Shown here piece after piece: positions 52,611 to 63,700 of a DNA stretch of 64,000 bases. The notes under the pieces were generated by a model, which was not told the DNA's origin, searched no databases, and worked only from the letters and a program-made list of their open reading frames with translations. Source of the stretch: Chthonomonadales bacterium (GTDB lineage Bacteria > Armatimonadota > Chthonomonadetes > Chthonomonadales > CAJBBX01); contig JBKJZI010000031.1 in the NCBI GenBank assembly GCA_046715155.1, forward strand, positions 10,875 to 74,874, read 5' to 3'. Each line of letters begins with the position of its first letter. Positions within the stretch are counted from its first letter, which is position 1. The position numbers and the translations under genes are program-made.

Positions 52611-54031
52611 GGAAGTATCCGCTCTCGTTCTATCTCAGAATCCTCGGGGTGAACGGTAGCAATCCTATCGAGGATGGAATCTCGCGAGAGGCTGCGGCTG
52701 ACGAGCCACGCGGCCCCAAGGAGCAGCCCGGCCAATGCGGACAACAGCGTGCTGAACATCCGCCGAGGGGAAACCGGCTCCGATGGGGTCTCAGGGGGAT
52801 CGATCACCTCGAACGTAGTCGACTCGCGCGTCTCCGCTACCCGCGCCCGTTCGGCTTCCGTCTCCAGGTACTCGATGAGGCTGCGCAGCCCCTTGATCTC
52901 TTGCTGCAGTCTCTCTCTTTCAAGCTGCCGCCTTGGGAGCCCCGATAGTCGCTGCTGCACTCCGGAGATAGCGCGGTCCAGGCCGGCAACCTGCGCTTCC
53001 CCCGCGGCAATGCGCGCACGCAGCGCAACGACCTCCGGGGCTACACCGGTGGAAAGCGCCCTGGCCTCTCGCTGCATCTCGCGATCGAGGTGAGCGCGGG
53101 CGGTTGCCAGTTCTTCCGTGAGGAGTCGAAGCTGGGGATGGTCGGGACCATATTGGGCCTTTGCGACCGCAAACTTCGACTCGACTTCCGTCAGCCGTGC
53201 GCGTTCAATCTGGCCTATCTCCGCGTGCGCGGGCAGTGAACCGGAGCGCACCGCCTCACCGAGCACCCGGCTTTGCCATTCGAGCTGGGCCCGAACCGAA
53301 TCGAGCGCGATGTGGGCTTTCGCCCGGTCCATCTGCAGTAGGACTGCCGCCTCTGCCGCCTTGGTCATACCCCCGCTCGCGACCGCCGCGTTAGGCTCTC
53401 GCTCGGCCGCCTTGATCGCGCTCCGCTCGAGCGCTGACAGGCGTTGTCGAACCGTTTCCAGCCGCCCCTCCAGAAACTTGCGATTCCGGGTGGAGAGTCC
53501 CAGGCTTAGCTCTTTCGCAAGGGCTCGGAGCTGTTCGATGTGCTCCTGTCCGATCGCCGCGGCAAGCCCGGGGTCGCCATCATCGACGGTAATTGCGAGT
53601 AGGCCGTTCTTGTCGACCGCGAGAGAAGTCACGGCGCCTAGCCGCTTTACGGCCTTTTGCTGCGGAAGCTCCCACTTCTTCTCGAGTTCCAGCTTATCAG
53701 AGACCCGCTCGCGGAGTCGCCGGCTGGAGAGGACGCCGATTGCCGTTTGCGGCGCGCTTGCAACCTGCGGAGAAACCAGCGCACCGCCGAATAGGGAAAC
53801 CTGGCCACCCCGTTCCGCGGGATTGCCAAATCGGGACAGCCCTCCGACCGCGCTGAGCAGCCCGGTCGTGTTGTCACCGCCGGCGGGAAAGTAGAGAGAT
53901 GCCTCGGAGCGATACGTCTTCGGCAGAAGCGTGGTGATAAGGAAGCATACACCGCCGGCGGCCACGGCCGTCCATACGGGCAGCATCCACGTCAGCCGAC
54001 GCCTTTTGGTGAAAGGATTCCTGGTTAACAT
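52607..54031 (-). CDS. Polysaccharide chain-length determinant (Wzz/GumC-type co-polymerase without kinase domain)
   Basis: 474 aa. N-terminal TM plus LLPKTYRSEASLYF, a long coiled-coil periplasmic region, and a C-terminal TM LLSALAGLLLGAAWLV. 4-nt overlap with the wzy-like gene. Confidence 0.85.
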   Translation of the reverse strand: MLTRNPFTKRRRLTWMLPVWTAVAAGGVCFLITTLLPKTYRSEASLYFPAGGDNTTGLLSAVGGLSRFGNPAERGGQVSLFGGALVSPQVASAPQTAIGVLSSRRLRERVSDKLELEKKWELPQQKAVKRLGAVTSLAVDKNGLLAITVDDGDPGLAAAIGQEHIEQLRALAKELSLGLSTRNRKFLEGRLETVRQRLSALERSAIKAAEREPNAAVASGGMTKAAEAAVLLQMDRAKAHIALDSVRAQLEWQSRVLGEAVRSGSLPAHAEIGQIERARLTEVESKFAVAKAQYGPDHPQLRLLTEELATARAHLDREMQREARALSTGVAPEVVALRARIAAGEAQVAGLDRAISGVQQRLSGLPRRQLERERLQQEIKGLRSLIEYLETEAERARVAETRESTTFEVIDPPETPSEPVSPRRMFSTLLSALAGLLLGAAWLVSRSLSRDSILDRIATVHPEDSEIERERILP

Positions 54032-54052
54032 AAGAAGTAGTTCGTAATTCGA

Positions 54053-56737
54053 CTAGCTCCGAGTCGTTTCCAGACCTTTCGCCGAGATTCCGAAGTCTAC
54101 AAAGCGGGCTCGGCTGTTCGGTGGTCTATCCAATAACTCGCGCCGTATTCTACCACCGGCGTGCTCATCCTTGGCAAAGAGCAGAAGGTAGCCGCCCCCG
54201 CCCGCTCCCAGGAGCTTGGCGGCATCAACGTAATCCTGGATCCTTGCGAGAATAGCCTGGACTTCAGGTGGGTTCGTTCCGCGGTCCAGCTCCTGATTCA
54301 AGCGCCAGCTTTCAAGCACGCAGGCGCAAAGACCATCCCGGTCTTCCCGGCGAATGGATTCAGCGCCCGCCCTTGCGGTTGCGCCTATGTCGTCCAGTAC
54401 CGCCGCGAGGACTTGATCCTTCAGAAACATCCCGCGAACGACTTCCTGGAGGATCCCCTTGGCCAGCCGGGTAAGCCCCGTGTAATAGAGTAGGATCGAG
54501 CCGTTCCCGGCCCCGTCGGCGAGCAAGTCTTCTGGAAGCGATTCCGGCCGCACGGCCTGCGGCAGTCCGGGAGCGGTTTCGAGCAGCTTAACTCCGGGGA
54601 ACAGACCTCCCGCTTGATCCTGCCAACCGCCTCCAGTCGTAACGAGCTGCTCTACTGCCAGCGTTCGCGCTATCAGCTCTTGATGAGTCCAGTCAAGGCC
54701 ATACAATTCCGAAAGCGCCGCTAACAGCGTGACCGCCAGAATGCTGCTCGTCCCCAGTCCGGAGCCCTGAGGTACGGCCGCAAGCAGCGATATCTCGATT
54801 CCGCCTCCCAGCGCCTCCAGGCGGTCGGGCAAATTTCTGGCGGCCGGCACATCCGCGAACCTGGGGTGCAGACCCGCGATGCAAAGAGCGGCCCTGGCGA
54901 GCGAGAAATCGCTTCGAGGATTCGCATAGTCTCCAAGCTGCTCGTAGGCGGTAATTCGCTGCTCGGTCCCAAGATCGATCGACCGAATAACGATTTCCGG
55001 CTGCCTTGAGAGCTTTGCGAAAACCTGAATGGGCGGCTGGCCATTAAGCTCTACCGCGGCATTGAGGACGGATCCTCCATTCAAGATACAGTAAGGCGGC
55101 GTGTCTGTCCACCCGCCTGCCAGGTCCAGCCTGACCGGGCAGCGACTCCATACAATCTGGTCTTCCAGTATGTTCCTGCGTGGAGTCACCGGCCGAGAGA
55201 GCGCGGAATCTACAATTGAATCTCTCAACCTGCTGAGCGATTCGTCCTCGTTCTCAGCAGTTTCGACCGTTGGGATGTCGTTCAGAGCTCGATGTTTGAG
55301 CATTCGGCCGATGTCCGCGCGGCTCGCGATGGCCCTAGCAGAGAGCCGTTGAGATCGAACCCACCATTCGGCCAGGCCGGCATCATGATCGGGGCGGGAA
55401 TCCAATATCCATTGAACGCGCTCGGATTCCTCATCCGGCGAGATGACGGGGAAGAGCGGGGCGTCGAAGATATCCATATCTCCGCGGATTCCGGCTTCGG
55501 CGGCGTTTATCGCACGGTTCGACAGCCATTGTCCGGCAGGACGCCCGAACCAGAGAGTTGATTCGGAATCCATGCGACCTCTAAACTGGTCGTCCAATCC
55601 ATAAGTCCGGAGGCAATAACCACCTCCAACCACCGGCGTCATATCCACGCATACGGATTCCGGCAGGTTCAGCGTCCAACTATTCCCTGGAACACCGGTG
55701 ACAACGTTGTCGCCCAATAGTCTCCACGATTCCGGAACTACGGAATCAGCTATCCATATCTTGCCCGATCTTTTGGGCATGGCGGCCCCTACAGTCGATT
55801 GCAGGATGACGGGTGATGAATCCCCTACGGGGTCCCTACCGTTCATAAGCAGCGGAGCGGATTCCACCATCTGACGCGTTGTGCCAAAGTGGAAGAACGC
55901 TCCAGCCGGGAGCTCGACCACCGCTGCTGAGAGCGCGTTGGCTACGGCATCCCTTACGTTCGGATCGGCCCCAAGAGCTGGCCCGAGACCAGCGTAAAGC
56001 TCGAATCGGATCTCGGGAGTTTCGCAGCCACCCTTGTTCTCGCAATAACCGCATCGGTCAAGCACCGCTTTAACCGCCCGCGGTCCCAACAGCCAGGCGC
56101 CGGTATCCACGAGGATACGGCACTCAGTCATGCGCGAGCGGACTTCTTCCAGGTCGGGCTTCTGGAGAAACGTTCGGAGCTCAGGAGGATTGCGGCGGTC
56201 TACGAACAGCACCCCGAAGTCCACGGCTGATTCCGGCTCCATCGGACACCCGAAGATGACAACATCCGCCTCAGGAACGATAAGGTCCGACCTTTCGAGC
56301 CGCAGGAGGACGTCGCCGCTGGCAACCAGTAAGCGCGCCCACGACGCATGGCGAAGCAGCCACTCATAGGAGTCGGATTGCAAGACCAGAAGGGAACGGT
56401 CTGACCGGGAGCCAGGCTCACCAGGAAGTCGCGGAATCGGAATCAGCGGTTTTCCGAGAACGGAATAGGGCGGCAGCCTTCGGCTCTCACCACCGCCATG
56501 CACGACGAGCTTCGGAGACGCTTGGATCCAATCGAGCAGTGATTCGCGCGAGCCGGAGTCGCGCCACATAGAAGCGAGCGCGTGCGCGGTCCCGCCACCC
56601 GAGCCAAGATTCCGTCCCGGCGGGTCGCAGGCGGCGAACCAGCCTGGCGGCAGAATTCGCGACGAAACCCGAGCGGCCGCCGCTGCGGCAGGGGGTAAGG
56701 TGATCAATCGCCCGATAGACTGGTAATCAGTGGACAT
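54053..56737 (-). CDS. Bifunctional sugar-1-kinase / sugar-1-phosphate nucleotidyltransferase, FKP (fucokinase/GDP-fucose pyrophosphorylase)-like
   Basis: 894 aa. The N-terminal part (DPPGRNLGSGGGTAHAL...LVVHGGGESRRLPPYSVLGKP) resembles the Fkp pyrophosphorylase domain. The C-terminal part is a GHMP kinase (LAAVPQGSGLGTSSILAVTLLAAL; KLLGAGGGGYLLLF). Confidence 0.8.
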   Translation of the reverse strand: MSTDYQSIGRLITLPPAAAAAARVSSRILPPGWFAACDPPGRNLGSGGGTAHALASMWRDSGSRESLLDWIQASPKLVVHGGGESRRLPPYSVLGKPLIPIPRLPGEPGSRSDRSLLVLQSDSYEWLLRHASWARLLVASGDVLLRLERSDLIVPEADVVIFGCPMEPESAVDFGVLFVDRRNPPELRTFLQKPDLEEVRSRMTECRILVDTGAWLLGPRAVKAVLDRCGYCENKGGCETPEIRFELYAGLGPALGADPNVRDAVANALSAAVVELPAGAFFHFGTTRQMVESAPLLMNGRDPVGDSSPVILQSTVGAAMPKRSGKIWIADSVVPESWRLLGDNVVTGVPGNSWTLNLPESVCVDMTPVVGGGYCLRTYGLDDQFRGRMDSESTLWFGRPAGQWLSNRAINAAEAGIRGDMDIFDAPLFPVISPDEESERVQWILDSRPDHDAGLAEWWVRSQRLSARAIASRADIGRMLKHRALNDIPTVETAENEDESLSRLRDSIVDSALSRPVTPRRNILEDQIVWSRCPVRLDLAGGWTDTPPYCILNGGSVLNAAVELNGQPPIQVFAKLSRQPEIVIRSIDLGTEQRITAYEQLGDYANPRSDFSLARAALCIAGLHPRFADVPAARNLPDRLEALGGGIEISLLAAVPQGSGLGTSSILAVTLLAALSELYGLDWTHQELIARTLAVEQLVTTGGGWQDQAGGLFPGVKLLETAPGLPQAVRPESLPEDLLADGAGNGSILLYYTGLTRLAKGILQEVVRGMFLKDQVLAAVLDDIGATARAGAESIRREDRDGLCACVLESWRLNQELDRGTNPPEVQAILARIQDYVDAAKLLGAGGGGYLLLFAKDEHAGGRIRRELLDRPPNSRARFVDFGISAKGLETTRS

Positions 56738-56753
56738 CGCCGAGTGGTCTTCC

Positions 56754-57578
56754 CTACGCCGGGGGCTTTTGCCAAATCATCGCCAGATCGGTTCCCGTTC
56801 CAGTTAGCCGTTCGATGCCGCGAATGATCCCCGATTTCGCGGCGGGATTCCGGGATACCAATATCGGGCGCATTCCTACGCCGGAAACCGCCGCGGATAG
56901 TCGCTCCTGCTCAACTCCGGTCCGCGCATGAAACTCTGCAAGCTGCATGATGGGGTCGGATGCGGCGGCGATGCGTTTTTTGCCGGCCAACCAGGCGGCC
57001 AGGCGCCGGGGCCGGCGCGCGCCGTAGAGCGCGCGGTCAGCCCATTGGAGCGCGACCGCCAACCCCGGGCGGTGGGAAGCTGCCGGATCGCATGTCGTGT
57101 ATAGGATTCCGCCGGGCGCCAGTTTCTCGGCGGCCAGCGCGACAGCCGCGGAGTAGTCGTAAAGATGGTGTAGAACGCTTACAAAGGATATCAAATCATA
57201 CTGCGGTTGGGAGTCGCCGAGAAACGATTCGAGGTCTCTATCGACGATTGTTAATCCTGCCGTGCCGCCCAGTCGGTCTACGAGCACGGCGCGCATGCCG
57301 GCGGAAACCTCTACCGCGACGACGCGAAATCCGCGCTGCAGGAGAATGCCCGTAAAGAAGCCAGCGCCCGCGCCACAGTCCGCCGCCAGCGAATCGGAAG
57401 CCGGCCGCGGCAGCTGGGTCAAGATGAGGTCAAGATGACGTGATACCCGGCGGGAATAGTGCGCATAACCGGCGTGGGTGTCTCCTCCGAGCCGCCCGTA
57501 TTCGTTGACGCAGGAATCGTGGTAGACCCGGTTTGCCTCGATTACCTCCGCAGCGCCGACGCTCCACGTGTCGCTCAT
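56754..57578 (-). CDS. Class I SAM-dependent methyltransferase
   Basis: ATG 57578 lies 2 nt after the upstream stop (57581-57583). Motif I LAADCGAGAGFFTGILL; LAPGGILYTT. Confidence 0.85.
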   Translation of the reverse strand: MSDTWSVGAAEVIEANRVYHDSCVNEYGRLGGDTHAGYAHYSRRVSRHLDLILTQLPRPASDSLAADCGAGAGFFTGILLQRGFRVVAVEVSAGMRAVLVDRLGGTAGLTIVDRDLESFLGDSQPQYDLISFVSVLHHLYDYSAAVALAAEKLAPGGILYTTCDPAASHRPGLAVALQWADRALYGARRPRRLAAWLAGKKRIAAASDPIMQLAEFHARTGVEQERLSAAVSGVGMRPILVSRNPAAKSGIIRGIERLTGTGTDLAMIWQKPPA

Positions 57579-57580
57579 GA

Positions 57581-58492
57581 CTAAACCACGTAATCCGGAA
57601 TGACCGCCCACCGGCCGCCGTCCCACACGATTGAGCTTGTGCGTCTCAAAAGGCCCGCGCCGCAAAGTGACCGCGCCACCACGGGCGGAAGCTTCACCAG
57701 CGGACGGCCGCCGATGGCTTTGTGCAGAACTCTTCGCGCGCCGCTGGACATTCGGGTCGGTTTCCGCAAGCCATCGCGCAGCAGCACCGCTTCGGCCTCG
57801 GCCAGATATGCCGGCATCTGGGTGGCGGTCTTCTGTTCGCCATGAAACCGAAACGCCGCCAACGGCATACCGACGCCGTAGAGGTCGGCATGCTTGAAGA
57901 AACGAGACCAGAGTTCGAAGTCACCCGCGAGCTTCAAACTCGTATCTAACCTGCCGCCGGCTCTCTCCCATAGGGTGCGCCGCCAGAACGTCCCTTCTTG
58001 CATGATCCACCCGCGGAAGTACCTCCGCCCATTCGGCAGGTTCGCGCCCGAAAAGAATGACCGACGCTCGAATCCTCCCCCGTATCGCGCGCCGACGACC
58101 ACGCCACACTCGTTCAACCCAACGGGGTAGAGCGTGGTGAGCCACTCAACCCCAGGAAGGTCAGCAAAGATAGACCCTATGGCTTTCAGTGTCCACGGCA
58201 TGTAGGTGTCATCGCTGTTGATCCAGCCCATGATCTCACCGGTCGACCGGTCGAAGCCCTTTTGAATAGCCTCATACATACCACCGTCAGGCTCGCTCGT
58301 CCAATAGCTCAATGCGTCTTCATGGCGGCGAATTATCTCGACACTTCCGTCGTTCGAGCCTCCGTCGATGACGGCGTATTCCAACTTCAGGTACCGTTGA
58401 CCAAGCACGGATTCGATGGTTTCGGGTAGGAAGCGGGCCTGGTTGAAAGAGGGTGTTACGATGGATACGCTCGGAAGCTCGGGCTGATCCAT
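57581..58492 (-). CDS. Glycosyltransferase family 2
   Basis: ATG 58492 gives MDQPELPSVSIVTPSFNQARFLPETIESVLGQ...YAVIDGGSNDGS. The track ORF to 58927 overlaps the flippase gene. Confidence 0.88.
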   Translation of the reverse strand: MDQPELPSVSIVTPSFNQARFLPETIESVLGQRYLKLEYAVIDGGSNDGSVEIIRRHEDALSYWTSEPDGGMYEAIQKGFDRSTGEIMGWINSDDTYMPWTLKAIGSIFADLPGVEWLTTLYPVGLNECGVVVGARYGGGFERRSFFSGANLPNGRRYFRGWIMQEGTFWRRTLWERAGGRLDTSLKLAGDFELWSRFFKHADLYGVGMPLAAFRFHGEQKTATQMPAYLAEAEAVLLRDGLRKPTRMSSGARRVLHKAIGGRPLVKLPPVVARSLCGAGLLRRTSSIVWDGGRWAVIPDYVV

Positions 58493-58512
58493 GGCTTGCA
58501 ACCGATCTGAGG

Positions 58513-59913
58513 TCAATTTGTCGCGGACGCGGGCGCCCTTATGGCAAGTTGGCGCGGAAGTATCGCAAGATAAGGCAGCGCGATGAAAGCTGTGTACGCG
58601 GTCACATTTCCCCATACTATTCCCGGCAGGCCGAACCATCTCGCAAACGTGATCTTCGCGATTAAAGCGCCGATCACGAATGCCACGGCGCATACTACCT
58701 GCAGCCGAATGATCCTCAAACCTTTTAGGAATACCGCGAGCGCCGCCCCCAGACTGCTTATCACTGACCAGAGAGCCATTCCGGCGGTCAACTGCCATGG
58801 CGCGGCGACTTCCATTCCGGTCCAGAGACGTATGATCTGTCCGCTTGATACGGCGAGGAGCGCCGCCACCGGCGCCGTCAGCAAAAGACAAAGGAGGATG
58901 GATCGGCGCAGCGTTCGCCGCGTCCACGGTATATCCCCGCGTGCTGCCGCCTCGCTGTAAGCCGGCCAGAACGGCTGCGAAGCGATCGCGGCAAAGGTGA
59001 GGATGATGCTAAACAGCCTGTGTACTATGGAGAATTGCGCGACCGCTTCATGCCCCAGTACGTGAGCCGCCACCACGTTGTCCGAAGCGATTGCCACGGT
59101 GAAGCAGACATGCAGCAGCAGGAGCGCCCCGCCTAACTTTACGACCCGGGCGCCGTAACCGGCTGTGAGATCTGAGACCTTGGGCCTCAACCATGACAGT
59201 CTTCGTCCGAAGACGAAGACGACGTTCAAAAGGTATGCGGCGAGGGGCGCTCCGGACAACGCGAGGGCTAGAATCACCAGACCGGCGTCCATGCGGATTG
59301 CAGCGAGCAAGCCTAGAAGCGATAGAAAGCTTGCCGCGCAGGACCAGAGGCTCGCGCCGAATCCGTCCTGATACGCGTTCTGAATCGTCTGTCCAATACT
59401 CAGCGGGACCACGATCACGGAACACGTGACGGCGACGGCGATGGCAGGGCCGCATTCAGCCGCGGCGGCTCCCGTCACGTTGAATAGACGGGGCCACGGA
59501 ATCCAGGGATATGCCGCGTAGAAGGCGATGAGGATCACCGCGGCGGCAGCCAGGAGGAGCGCTAAGGCGCTTGAAACGTACTTTCGCGCGGATTCTCGGT
59601 CGCCCCGGCCGTCGCACTCGGATAGGACGCTAAGCAGGCCGTTTCCTATTCCGAGATCGGCGAAGGTGACCAGCGCCACAAACGAACTGATGGTCATCCA
59701 GAGACCGTAACGTTCCGCTCCCAGGTAGTTGAGCGTCAGCGGAATCGTAAAGAGCGCTGTCCCAATGCTCAGGAGTCTCGCTATTCCTGAGGCGATGGCT
59801 GCCAGAGCGATCCGCCGCGACCTCTCTTTGGAGCGGCCCTGCTCGGTCGAGGTGTCGAACGGCCTGAAACGGACGACCGCCAAAGCCTCCTTCGCTCGAA
59901 TGCCTACCGACAT
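58513..59913 (-). CDS. wzx: Wzx-like oligosaccharide flippase (MOP superfamily polysaccharide biosynthesis protein)
   Basis: 466 aa, about 12-14 TM helices, with a basic N-terminus before TM1. The position and size are typical of Wzx. Confidence 0.8.
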   Translation of the reverse strand: MSVGIRAKEALAVVRFRPFDTSTEQGRSKERSRRIALAAIASGIARLLSIGTALFTIPLTLNYLGAERYGLWMTISSFVALVTFADLGIGNGLLSVLSECDGRGDRESARKYVSSALALLLAAAAVILIAFYAAYPWIPWPRLFNVTGAAAAECGPAIAVAVTCSVIVVPLSIGQTIQNAYQDGFGASLWSCAASFLSLLGLLAAIRMDAGLVILALALSGAPLAAYLLNVVFVFGRRLSWLRPKVSDLTAGYGARVVKLGGALLLLHVCFTVAIASDNVVAAHVLGHEAVAQFSIVHRLFSIILTFAAIASQPFWPAYSEAAARGDIPWTRRTLRRSILLCLLLTAPVAALLAVSSGQIIRLWTGMEVAAPWQLTAGMALWSVISSLGAALAVFLKGLRIIRLQVVCAVAFVIGALIAKITFARWFGLPGIVWGNVTAYTAFIALPYLAILPRQLAIRAPASATN

Positions 59914-59922
59914 CGCGGGCCC

Positions 59923-60687
59923 TCAGATTGCATGAGAGCGCGTCTCCTTCGAGCGGTTTTTCAGATAGCGGGCAATAGTGATGCCATAGTCCAGCGAACG
60001 GCCGAAAGGACCTTTAGGAATGTTTCGAAGACGCACCTGGCGATCGTCCATCAGCATCTTCCACCGGTCTGCCGAGATTCCCCCGTCAAGCACGTCCGCC
60101 ACAATCCGCTCTATTTTCTCGCCGTAGATTCCGGCCCTGGAGGCTCGCAGCCACAGGTCGTAGTCCATCGCGATCCGAACTCCGGAATCGAAGCCGCCTA
60201 GCTGTTCCATCAGGTCTCGCCGAAAAAACACCGTGGGATGCGGGATGAAATTGCGGATTCCGAGCCGCCGGGCATCGTACTTCGGTGGGTCCCATTCCCG
60301 AATCGGCCGCCCCTGTTCGTCTACGTACCGGCAGGCAGCGTAAACGAATCCGGCCGAGGTTTCGGATAGCGTTCTACGCACCTCTTCCAGAACTAGCGGG
60401 TCATGAAAGGCGTCTCCCGCGTGCAGATGGCATATCCACTCGCCCGAAGCCAGCCGCAGCCCCTTGTTCATCGCATCGGCGATCCCGCGGTCCGGCTCGC
60501 TTACTACCGTCAACCGCGGATTCTCCCGATGAACGTCACGCAGCAGGTCCACTGACCCATCCGTGGATCCACCGTCGACCAGGATATACTCGTCAGCCGT
60601 CGACGATTGACCCAGAACGCTCCCGATTGTGCTCCGGAGTCCTTCCAGGGCGTTGAATCCGATCGTAACCACAGAGATGGTTCGCAT
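59923..60687 (-). CDS. Glycosyltransferase family 2
   Basis: 254 aa. ISVVTIGFNALEGLRSTIGSVLGQ...YILVDGGSTDGS; HLHAGDAF. Confidence 0.88.
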   Translation of the reverse strand: MRTISVVTIGFNALEGLRSTIGSVLGQSSTADEYILVDGGSTDGSVDLLRDVHRENPRLTVVSEPDRGIADAMNKGLRLASGEWICHLHAGDAFHDPLVLEEVRRTLSETSAGFVYAACRYVDEQGRPIREWDPPKYDARRLGIRNFIPHPTVFFRRDLMEQLGGFDSGVRIAMDYDLWLRASRAGIYGEKIERIVADVLDGGISADRWKMLMDDRQVRLRNIPKGPFGRSLDYGITIARYLKNRSKETRSHAI

Positions 60688-60720
60688 CTTACAGGAAAGC
60701 CTGCCGAAATGCCCGCATGA

Positions 60721-63700
60721 CTATAGCCCCAGCAGCTTCTTTGCCCCCAGGTAAAGCAGGCCGGCCCCCGTAATGGAGCGGAAAAAGGTCTCGATATCGT
60801 TGGAGCGGCTGCCGATCTTCTCGGCGAGTACCTTGGTGGGCACGACGATTACGTCTCCCGGCCGGAAGCTCTTGATCTTCTTGAGCGGCGCGAGCCCTCC
60901 GCCGAGACGTATGACTACGATTCCGTCCTTCTTGGCGTCCGCCGTGTATCCACCGGACTGCTCGATATAGTAGTCCGATTTCGCGCCAGGCGCGAATAGA
61001 ACGGCGCTGGAGCGGATGACGGCTCCCAGCACAAGGACCGTTGTTGGCCTCTCCGGAACTGTCAGTTCGTCCCCATCCATCATGACGATGTCGTCATCCT
61101 TCCCAGGGTTCTTCAGAGCCGCGTTAAGGTTTACGGCAACGTTGCCTTTCGGCTCCAGATCTTCCGGCGTCAGGACACGCGGCGGCGACACAAGACTGTG
61201 GCCGAAAACGGCCTGCGTTCCCGCCTGCGTAGCGACCGCCGGCGGAGGCCCGTCGAGCTGAGGAATCCCCGGCACGTTGATTGGAATCTGAGGACGGACG
61301 GCCGATCCGATGGCTTTAATGCGAGCGATGTCGGCAGCCGCCATCTCCCGGCTCTGCTGCAGCTTGTTCAATTCATCGTTGAGGGAGCTGATGACCCCTG
61401 CGAGCTGTTTTTGGCCGGCCGTCGCGAGCATCTCCGGATTCCGCTGAAACTCCGCGCCTTCCGGGTACGCCTCGTCTTTCAACCCGCCTGCCAGCTTGAT
61501 CACATCGGACAGCCGCACATTGCTCCCTCGCACCGTCACCGGCCCCGGCCGGTTCACCGCCCCTTTAACCGTGATCAAGTAAGGTTTTTCGATGTAGTCC
61601 CCCCGCCCCTGAACGGTGATGATGTCACCATCCTCGAGCAGGATGTCCGGGGCCGGCGCCAGGCTCGCTGGTGCGTAGGCCGCGACCAGAGGTTCTGCAG
61701 TTCGTGTGGTACGCGCCCGGGACACCACGATCCTGTCCCCGGCGCTCGGCTTCAACCCCCCGGCAACCTTCAGTAGGTCGCTGAGCTTCATGCCGTCGCC
61801 GCGTGCGTACTTGCCGGGCGCTACCGCTTCTCCGGCGAGGGTCACCGTATGTTCCGGCATGAATCTCGCTTCATCCGAACGGTAGATCGCCAAGATGTCT
61901 CGATCCTCTATCAAAGCGTTATGCTTCTGATCACCCTTCAGCGCTTCTTCGACGCTCACGAACTCGAGGGCGAATGTGCCATCTGCGCGCTGCCGCTGGA
62001 GTACCGCATGCGGGAGATAGGCCTCCGGCAAAGTCCCACCGGCCTGCATCAGGAGGTCGCGCACCCGCATTCCTTCGCTGCGATAGTACAATCCCGGTTT
62101 CTTGATCGCGCCTTTAACGGTCACCTCTCGGCGTCCCGTCCAGGCAATCTCCTCACGCGTGTAAATAACCAACCGGTCCCAGCGTGACAATGTGACATTT
62201 GACGCCGAATCGCGGGCCAACGCTTTTTCGAGGTCCACTTGAATCAACTTCAGCGTATTGTCCGGGTTCCACCGGTATAGGTGTGCTTCCCGCGGATATG
62301 CCTCACTCGTAAGTCGCCGGGCGCGCTCAACCAGGTCGGCCACAGTCATTCCCGAGCCGATAGCATACTCACCCGGTTGATCCACCGCCCCTTCGACCGT
62401 CACCTTGTTCACCAACTCAGCACGTACCGAGAAGACGTCTACGGAATCGCCGTCGAACAGCTCCTGCGAGGACGATTGAGCCGTTCGCAAATCCACGTCC
62501 TTTAACATTCTGGCTGCGCCCGGTTGGAGCGTCGATACCTGCACGCGCTGGTCCACGCCAGATGCCTTTATCCCGCCTGCGAATACCACGGCGTCTTTCA
62601 GAGATTCGCCCGGCTTCAGCTCATAGACGGCTGGACGCCGCACCTCCCCACGCACCGCAACCCTCTGCATCCGCGGCGGAATGTAGATCACGTCTCCCGA
62701 TTGGAGCGGCACGTCAGTCGTTCTATCGCCGGTGATCAAGAATCGGTATAAATCGAGGGAACCGACCACCTGCCCTCGCCTTACGACCTGGATTCCGCGC
62801 AAGGTCCCCTCTTCCGTTGGCCCACCCGTTCCTATCAAGAGTCCCATCGCCGTGGCCACCGCGGGAACGCTGTAGGGACCGGGTGAGAAGGATTCGCCGC
62901 TGATGGTGACCGGAATCGTCCGCAGTTCGCTCATCGTCAGTGAGACTTCAGCATTCCGGTAGAGTCGCTTCATCCGCTCCGCCAGCGCCCGCTCGGCCTG
63001 GGATGCGGTCTGGCCACGCACCACGACGCGTCCCACCTCCGGCACATTCACCGCCCCGAAGGAATCGACTGTCAGATTGGCTTCCCGCGCGACGAGCGTG
63101 GGACTCCAGTAACGGAGTACGAGTGTGTCGCCTGGAGAAAGCTGGTAGTCGGAGGGCACGGACGCTGCGATGTTCTGATACATCAGAGTCAGCGGGTCTG
63201 CGATCTGGGAAAACGCGTTTGCCGGCGGAATCGGTCCCGACTGCGGAGGTGTCTGAGGAATCGGCTGTTGATTGGCGGTCAGCACGGGCGACGGCCGGTT
63301 TGGCCGGGCAGGCGTACGCTTCTTCCTGGACTCACCGGTGGTGGTCTCGGTCGGTTCCTCGCCATTCGTCTCTTCCTCAGAATCGGAGTCTTTCGTGTCA
63401 ACAAGTTCCACCGGCTCAAGGAACGACCGATATCGTGATCGCTCGGATTCCGTCAGTTTGCCGTCCCGTTTGCGCTCAAGAAGATCCAGTTTTTCTCCGG
63501 ACGTGAGCTTCGCGACCGCCTCCTTCTCTTCAATCGTGGGCTCAATCCGTTTTGACTTTGACTTTTCGACCACATCCGCTGGCGCAGGCGCGGGAATGGT
63601 TCCGCCGCCGAGCGAGCGCTGCATAAAGCTGCGCCGCGCCAGGATCGCCTGTCGCGAAGGATCGAAGAACGTGTAACCGAAGAGCGGCAGATCGGTTGCC

